This document shows, in pieces, positions 57,887 through 64,000 of a stretch of DNA of 64,000 bases. The stretch's first letter is position 1, and every line of letters begins with the position of its first letter. The notes under the pieces are model-generated. The model made no database searches and was not told the origin of the DNA. It worked only from the letters and a program-made list of their open reading frames with translations. The translations under genes and the position numbers were made by a program. The DNA is from an uncultured Marinoscillum sp. Its GTDB lineage: Bacteria; Bacteroidota; Bacteroidia; Cytophagales; MED-G16. Location: assembly GCA_964553685.1 (NCBI GenBank), contig CAZKLB010000001.1, positions 83,952-147,951 on the forward strand. Direction: 5' to 3'.

Positions 57887-59425
57887 ATGGTGGGCAGCGA
57901 ATCATTAAAAAATATAATTTCTCATTGTAAGGCTAATGGTTTTGTTTTTCAATCTAGTGAAATCTATGATGGCCTTGGTGCAGTATACGACTATGGTCCT
58001 TACGGTATTGAACTTAAAAAAAACTTAAGTGAGTATTGGTGGAAATCTATGACCCAAGTTAATGATAATATTGTTGGTTTAGATAGTGCTATTTTTATGC
58101 ACCCATCTACATGGAAAGCATCTGGGCATATAGATGCCTTTAATGATCCTTTAATTGATAATAAAGATTCAAAAAAAAGATATAGAGCGGATACTTTAAT
58201 AGAAGATTATCTTTTAAAAATTCAGTCTAAAATCGATAAAGATATTAAGAAAGCAAAAAAAAGATTTGGGGATAATTTTGATGAGGGAAAATTTATAAAT
58301 ACGAGTGATAGAATAATAAAATATAAAAATGATATTAAAAAAATCTCATCTTCTCTTAGTAAATCACTAAAAGAAAACGATTTAAATGCTTTAAAAAATT
58401 TGATCATTGATTTGAAAATAACTGATCCAATTTCTGGAACAGTAAACTGGACAGATGTTAAACAATTTAATTTGATGTTTTCGACTAAGGTGGGTTCTAC
58501 CTCTCAAAACTCCAAAGATTTATATTTGAGGCCAGAAACAGCTCAGGGTATTTTTTTAAATTTTCTTAATATTATCAACTCCTCAAGGATGAAGTTGCCT
58601 TTTGGTATAGCACAGATTGGAAAAGCATTTAGAAATGAAATTATTGCAAGGCAATTTATATTTAGAATGAGAGAGTTTGAACAGATGGAGATGCAGTTTT
58701 TTGTTGAACCTGGTTCAGAGATGGAGTGGTATAATAAATGGAAGAAAAAAAGACTTAAATGGCATAAGTCTTTAGGTCTTGGAGAAAATTTTTATCGATT
58801 TCACGACCATGAAAATCTTGCTCATTATGCAAATGCTGCATGTGATATTGAGTTTTTATATCCAATGGGATATAAAGAATTAGAAGGTATACATTCAAGA
58901 ACAGATTTTGATTTGGTCAATCACCAACAACTATCAGGAAAAAAAATTAGCTATTTTGATCAAAAGACAGGTAAAAGTTTTGTTCCATATGTTGTAGAAA
59001 CTTCTATTGGTTTAGATAGATTATTCCTTGCAATTATTACTGCTTCATACAAAAATGAAATTTTAGAGGGAGGTTCACAAAGAGTAGTTTTAAAAATTCC
59101 TTTTGAAATTGCACCTGTAAAAGCTGCAATATTACCATTAAATGCAAAAGATAATCTCCCAGAAAAAGCATTAGAAATATATAATAATTTAAAGTTTGAT
59201 TTTAAGGTACAATACGATCCTAAAGATTCTATCGGAAAAAGATACAGGAGGCAGGATGCTATAGGTACACCATTTTCTATAACTATTGATTATGATACTC
59301 TTAAAGATGAGACAGTTACAATTAGGAATAGAGATACAATGTTACAAGAAAGAATTCCTGTAGATTCAATTACATCTAAATTAAAATCTTCAGTCTCTAT
59401 TAACAATTTATTAAAATTACTTTAA
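57887..59425 (+). CDS. glyQS: Glycine--tRNA ligase (homodimeric class II type)
   Basis: Motifs: GFVFQSSEIYDGL..YDYGPYG, LRPETAQGIF, FRNEIIARQFIFRMREFEQME (motif 2), and a C-terminal anticodon-binding domain. Confidence 0.93.
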   Translation: MVGSESLKNIISHCKANGFVFQSSEIYDGLGAVYDYGPYGIELKKNLSEYWWKSMTQVNDNIVGLDSAIFMHPSTWKASGHIDAFNDPLIDNKDSKKRYRADTLIEDYLLKIQSKIDKDIKKAKKRFGDNFDEGKFINTSDRIIKYKNDIKKISSSLSKSLKENDLNALKNLIIDLKITDPISGTVNWTDVKQFNLMFSTKVGSTSQNSKDLYLRPETAQGIFLNFLNIINSSRMKLPFGIAQIGKAFRNEIIARQFIFRMREFEQMEMQFFVEPGSEMEWYNKWKKKRLKWHKSLGLGENFYRFHDHENLAHYANAACDIEFLYPMGYKELEGIHSRTDFDLVNHQQLSGKKISYFDQKTGKSFVPYVVETSIGLDRLFLAIITASYKNEILEGGSQRVVLKIPFEIAPVKAAILPLNAKDNLPEKALEIYNNLKFDFKVQYDPKDSIGKRYRRQDAIGTPFSITIDYDTLKDETVTIRNRDTMLQERIPVDSITSKLKSSVSINNLLKLL

Positions 59426-61722
59426 TGGTCCGAAGACTATCAAACTTTATAATAAATAATCGTAATATTTTTCTAGTTCTCATTCTCTCATACACATTAT
59501 TTATGGGTTATATGAGTCAGTTTGTAAAGTTTAATTATGATTTTTCCCAAACGGTTCCTGATACCGATGAGGATATGATGTATTACAATGATTTCAAAAA
59601 AACTTTTGGTGAAGATGGCAATGTCTTTGCAGTAGGTTTAAAAGATTCATCAATTTTTAATATTGAAAAGTTTACTTTATATAAAAATTATATAAAAAGT
59701 TTAGAATCTATTGAGGGTGTAAATGGTGTTCTTGGCTTACCTACACTTCAAATTTTAGAAAAAAATAAAGAAAATAAAAACTTCACTTTTAAAGAATTAT
59801 TTAGTCCCTTCCCGACATCTCAAAAGCATTTGGATAGTATTTTGAGTATAGCTAAAAATCAAAAATTTTATGATAACAAAATAACTAATCAGGACAATGC
59901 ACTCACACTATTAATTACCATTAATAAAAAAGTATTGAATTCAAAAAAGAGAGATGACTTAATGAAAAGCCTAATTATTAAAAGTAGTCTTTTTGAATCA
60001 GAATCTAATATTAAACTTCATTATGCTGGGCTACCTTATTCTAGGTACATGATGGCTGAAAAAGTAAAACAAGAACTTTCAATGTTATTATTGGTTTCTT
60101 TAATTGTAACCTCTATTATTCTTTTTATCTTTTTTAGATCATATGATACTGTTATAGTTCCAATAATAATTATAGGAATTGTTGTTGTTTGGGTTTTTGG
60201 AACTTTATCCTTATTAGGATACAAAATAACTCTTCTGACAGGACTACTTCCCCCTTTAATAGTTGTAATTGGAATTCCAAACTGTGTTTACATGTTGAAT
60301 TACTATCACTTTTCTATAGAAAAAATAAAGGATAAAAAAGAAGCTCTATTGAATGTGATTAGGACCATTGGTTTGATCACTTTTATTACGAATTTGACTA
60401 CTGCCGTAGGATTTCTAGTCTTAGCAACAACAGATATTAAAATACTTACAGAATTTGGAATTGTTGCTGGGATAAATGTGATAGCAACTTTTTTTGTTTC
60501 TATTTTTCTTCTTCCATCAATTTATCTAGTTCTACCAGCACCTAAATCAGAACAAACTAGTTATTTAAATTATTCATTTATAAAATATTTGATCAATTCA
60601 TTTATAAATATTTCATTTAATTATAGAAGACCAGTTTTTATCTTGTCGTCAATCATTGTTTCAGTTTCAATTTATGGTTTGACAAAAATTAAATCTGTAT
60701 CATATCTTATAGATGATGTTCCCTCTGAGAGTCCGCTCATGAAAGATCTCAAATTTTTTGAGAAAAATTTTTCGGGAGTCATGCCTCTTGAAATTGTTGT
60801 AGATTCAAAAATGAAAAAAGGAGTTCAAAATCTAAATCTCCTAAAAAAGGTTAATGAACTTGAAAATTTTTTAATGGATAAAGATTATGTCTCTTCTCCA
60901 ATCTCTTTAGTCAGTTTTATAAAGGCTTCTCGTCAAGCCTATTATAATAATAACTCTGCTTATTATAGTCTTCCAAATAATAGAGATAAAAATTTTATAT
61001 TAAGATATATATCAGATGGCTATCAGAATAATGCATCTAACGAAAATATTTCGAAATCCTTTGTAGATTCTTTAGGTCAAAAATTAAGAATTTCTTTAAA
61101 TGTTGCAGACTTAGGTTCATTTAAATTAGATTCAATTGTAAACAATGTATTTAGGCCTGAGATAAATAAGGTTTTTAAAAATTCGAAGGCCGAAGTTAAA
61201 TTGACTGGTACGACCTTAACATTTATAAAAGGAATAAATTTTTTGATTGAAAATCTCCTTCAAAGTATGTTACTAGCTTTCTTTATCATAAGTGTTATTA
61301 TGTCATTATTATTTAAGAATTTTAAAATGGTTATAATATCGTTAATACCAAACTTGATACCTTTAATTTTTGCAGGAGGAATAATGGGTTTTTTTGGTAT
61401 ACCATTAAAGCCAAGTTCAGCTTTAGTCTTTAGTATAGTATTTGGTATTTCAGTAGACTATTCAATTCATTTTCTTGCTAAATTTAAGAATGAGTTAATT
61501 AATAATTCAATTGAGATTTCAATTACTAATACAATTAAACAAACAGGAAAAAGTATGATATTCACGTCTTTTATTTTATTTTTTGGTTTTATAATTTTTG
61601 CTTTTTCTAACTTTGGAGGAACTATAGTTTTAGGTGTTTTAACATCTATAATATTATTTGTGGCGATGATAACGAACTTGACTCTTTTACCGAGTATAAT
61701 ATTACGGTTTTATAAGAATTAA
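59425..61722 (+). CDS. MMPL/RND-superfamily transporter (two 6-TM bundles with sterol-sensing-like domain)
   Basis: Two repeats, each a large periplasmic loop followed by five clustered TM helices. The GLPNCVYML region is typical of RND/MMPL exporters. TAATG overlap with glyQS. Confidence 0.8.
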   Translation: MVRRLSNFIINNRNIFLVLILSYTLFMGYMSQFVKFNYDFSQTVPDTDEDMMYYNDFKKTFGEDGNVFAVGLKDSSIFNIEKFTLYKNYIKSLESIEGVNGVLGLPTLQILEKNKENKNFTFKELFSPFPTSQKHLDSILSIAKNQKFYDNKITNQDNALTLLITINKKVLNSKKRDDLMKSLIIKSSLFESESNIKLHYAGLPYSRYMMAEKVKQELSMLLLVSLIVTSIILFIFFRSYDTVIVPIIIIGIVVVWVFGTLSLLGYKITLLTGLLPPLIVVIGIPNCVYMLNYYHFSIEKIKDKKEALLNVIRTIGLITFITNLTTAVGFLVLATTDIKILTEFGIVAGINVIATFFVSIFLLPSIYLVLPAPKSEQTSYLNYSFIKYLINSFINISFNYRRPVFILSSIIVSVSIYGLTKIKSVSYLIDDVPSESPLMKDLKFFEKNFSGVMPLEIVVDSKMKKGVQNLNLLKKVNELENFLMDKDYVSSPISLVSFIKASRQAYYNNNSAYYSLPNNRDKNFILRYISDGYQNNASNENISKSFVDSLGQKLRISLNVADLGSFKLDSIVNNVFRPEINKVFKNSKAEVKLTGTTLTFIKGINFLIENLLQSMLLAFFIISVIMSLLFKNFKMVIISLIPNLIPLIFAGGIMGFFGIPLKPSSALVFSIVFGISVDYSIHFLAKFKNELINNSIEISITNTIKQTGKSMIFTSFILFFGFIIFAFSNFGGTIVLGVLTSIILFVAMITNLTLLPSIILRFYKN

Positions 61723-61727
61723 TTAGT

Positions 61728-64000
61728 ATGAAAAATAAAAAATTTGAGGAGTATAGATCTCTTGATTTTTATAATCTCAGTAAAGACATTATTAAATTTT
61801 GGAAAAAAAATCAAGTCTTCGAGAAATCCATAAAAACTAGAGATAGTAAAAATATTTTTTCATTTTATGAGGGCCCCCCATCTGCTAATGGTTTACCAGG
61901 TATTCATCATGTTATGGCCCGAACAGTCAAAGATATCTTTTGTAGGTATAAAACATTAAAAGGATTTAGAGTATACAGAAAAGGAGGATGGGATACTCAC
62001 GGGCTTCCTGTTGAGTTACAGGTTGAAAAAAAATTAGATATTACAAAAGATGATATAGGTGAAAAAATAAGTATTGAGGATTATAATAAAGAGTGTAAAA
62101 AGGCTGTGATGAAATTTAAGAATACTTGGGAGAGCCTTACTGAAGGAATTGGATTTTGGGTGGACATTGAGGATGCATATATAACTTTTGAAAATAATTA
62201 TATCGAGTCAGTTTGGTGGTCATTAAAAAAATTACACGAAAAAAAATTATTATATAAAGGATATACAATACAACCTTTTTCTCCTGCGGCAGGAACAGGA
62301 CTAAGTTCTCATGAATTAAATATGCCTGGGGCATATAAAACAATTAAGGATACATCTATTACTGCACAATTTAAGCTAGTAAAGAATGAAAACTCTAAAT
62401 TATTTCAAAGTTTCAGCGATGATATTTTCTTTTTAGCATGGACAACTACACCGTGGACACTACCTGCAAATAATTCTTTAGCAGTAGGTAGAAAAATCGA
62501 TTATGTATTAATTGAAACATTTAATAAATACGTTGAAAAAAGAATTCTTATTGTAATTGCTGAGAGCTGTATACCAAAATTCTTTAAGGAGGAATGTTTA
62601 ATGCAAAATAAGAAACTTGATTTTAATAAAAACAACCTTCAATATAAAGTTCTAAAAAAAATTAAGGGAAGTGAACTATTAGGAATGGATTATGAGCAGT
62701 TGATGCCATATGTAAAATTAGATAAACCAGCATTTACAATTATTCATGGGGATTTTGTTTCTACTGAGGAGGGAACAGGAATTGTTCATATATCTCTAAC
62801 ATTTGGTTCAGATGATTTTTTTATTTCAAAAAAAAATAATGTGTCTGGAGTTTTTGTAAAAGATATAGAAGGAAATCAGGTACCAATTGTAAATAAATCT
62901 GGAAAATTTGTAAAAGAAATTACAGACTTTGCTGGGTTAGAAGTTAAAACTTTTACGAATGTGGATGGTGGTTTAACAACTGATGAAAAAATTTCAATAA
63001 AATTAAAAGAAGAAAATAGAGCTTTTGACGTAAGGAAATATGAACATAGCTATCCCCACTGTTGGAGAACCGATAAACCCATTTTATATTATCCACTTGA
63101 GTCATGGTTTATCAATACGACTAAATTAAAGAATGATCTTATAAAATCTAATAAAAAAATTAACTGGCAACCGCCTTCAACAGGTTCTGGTCGTTTTGGA
63201 AATTGGTTAGAAAATTTAGTTGACTGGAATTTAAGTAGATCTAGATTCTGGGGGACTCCCCTTCCTATTTGGAGAACAGAAGATGGATTAGAAGAAATAT
63301 GTATAGGAAGTATAGAAGAATTAAGAGATGAGGTAAAAAAATCTGTTGAGAAAGGGTACATGAAAAATCCATTAACTAAAGATTTTGATTTACATAGACC
63401 ATATGTGGATGATATTATTTTGGTTTCTAAAGATAATAAACCAATGTTGAGAGAGAAAGATATTATTGACGTATGGTATGACTCAGGTTCAGTTCCATTT
63501 GCTCAGTATCATTATCCTTTTGAGAATAAGGATTTTTTCAAGAGTATGTTTCCTGCAAGTTTTATTGCTGAGGGAGTTGACCAAACACGAGGATGGTTTT
63601 TTACATTGCACGCTATTTCAATAATGCTTTTTGGAAAGTCAAGTTTTAAAAATGTTATTTCAAACGGACTTGTACTCGATAAGTTAGGTAATAAGATGTC
63701 TAAAAGATTAGGGAATGCCGTAGATCCATTTGAAATTATAAAAAAATATGGTCCTGACGCTACTAGATGGTATATGATCATAAACTCCAATCCATGGGAT
63801 AACCTAAAATTTGATGAGGAGTCAATTAAAGAGGTTCTAAGAAAGTTTTTTGGAACCCTAACAAATACTTATAATTTTTTCTCCCTATATGCTAATATTG
63901 ATGGATTTAAAGCTACTGATAAGTTGATCCCTTATCAAAAAAGAAGTTTTGATGATAGATGGATAATTAGTCGTCTAAATACTATTTCTAATGAGGTTGA
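61728..64000 (+). CDS. ileS: Isoleucine--tRNA ligase (type 2), 5' part; the gene runs off the window end
   Basis: Not in the ORF track because it has no stop in the window. My translation from the ATG at 61728 reads MKNKKFEEYRSLDFYNLSKDIIKFWKKNQVFEKSI...FYEGPPSANGLPGIHHVMARTVKD (HIGH region), WDTHGLPVE, and GNKMSKRLGN (KMSKS loop) in frame at 63696. Confidence 0.95.
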   Translation, partial: MKNKKFEEYRSLDFYNLSKDIIKFWKKNQVFEKSIKTRDSKNIFSFYEGPPSANGLPGIHHVMARTVKDIFCRYKTLKGFRVYRKGGWDTHGLPVELQVEKKLDITKDDIGEKISIEDYNKECKKAVMKFKNTWESLTEGIGFWVDIEDAYITFENNYIESVWWSLKKLHEKKLLYKGYTIQPFSPAAGTGLSSHELNMPGAYKTIKDTSITAQFKLVKNENSKLFQSFSDDIFFLAWTTTPWTLPANNSLAVGRKIDYVLIETFNKYVEKRILIVIAESCIPKFFKEECLMQNKKLDFNKNNLQYKVLKKIKGSELLGMDYEQLMPYVKLDKPAFTIIHGDFVSTEEGTGIVHISLTFGSDDFFISKKNNVSGVFVKDIEGNQVPIVNKSGKFVKEITDFAGLEVKTFTNVDGGLTTDEKISIKLKEENRAFDVRKYEHSYPHCWRTDKPILYYPLESWFINTTKLKNDLIKSNKKINWQPPSTGSGRFGNWLENLVDWNLSRSRFWGTPLPIWRTEDGLEEICIGSIEELRDEVKKSVEKGYMKNPLTKDFDLHRPYVDDIILVSKDNKPMLREKDIIDVWYDSGSVPFAQYHYPFENKDFFKSMFPASFIAEGVDQTRGWFFTLHAISIMLFGKSSFKNVISNGLVLDKLGNKMSKRLGNAVDPFEIIKKYGPDATRWYMIINSNPWDNLKFDEESIKEVLRKFFGTLTNTYNFFSLYANIDGFKATDKLIPYQKRSFDDRWIISRLNTISNEV

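Overview
The window looks like a very gene-dense, AT-rich core-chromosome segment of a streamlined member of the Bacteroidota, most likely a marine planktonic Flavobacteriales. G+C is roughly 30% by eye and was not computed. The taxonomic call rests on a porP-gldK-gldL-gldM-gldN type IX secretion/gliding operon, DUF4856/DUF4271/DUF4199-type proteins, TTG..TAnnTTTG promoter boxes and the absence of Shine-Dalgarno sites. About 60 protein genes and 2 tRNAs fill the 64 kb, and no intergenic gap exceeds about 150 bp.

Main blocks:
- A complete nine-gene protoheme pathway in one operon (hemA-C-D-B-L-E-N-H-Y), converging on an HmuY-like/TonB-dependent receptor pair.
- DNA repair genes mutS, uvrA and uvrC.
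- A tRNA-Gly/tRNA-Leu operon with a textbook promoter and the only clear intrinsic terminator in the window.
- The T9SS core operon, preceded by DUF4271 and a second HemD-like gene.
- ponA plus a large TPR lipoprotein.
- An M23 peptidase-bactofilin pair leading into atpZ-atpBEFHAG.
- An oadGAB-type Na+-translocating decarboxylase whose alpha subunit carries a divergent carboxyltransferase motif.
- glyQS, an MMPL/RND transporter and a 3'-truncated ileS.

I found no CRISPR array, transposase, integrase, prophage, toxin-antitoxin or recognisable defence genes. I also see no compelling wholly novel system, so this is essentially an ordinary housekeeping region.

The items most worth a second look are functionally unassigned coupled gene pairs: sulfotransferase-fold with class IV aminotransferase, pirin with DUF3050, and DUF4271 with HemD-like. 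Others are the divergent OadA-like subunit, the M23-bactofilin module at the head of the ATP synthase operon, a perfect GATAAT-containing palindrome in front of the heme-receptor operon, and the systematic lack of terminator space at convergent gene junctions. All family assignments come from motif reading and memory. No searches were run.
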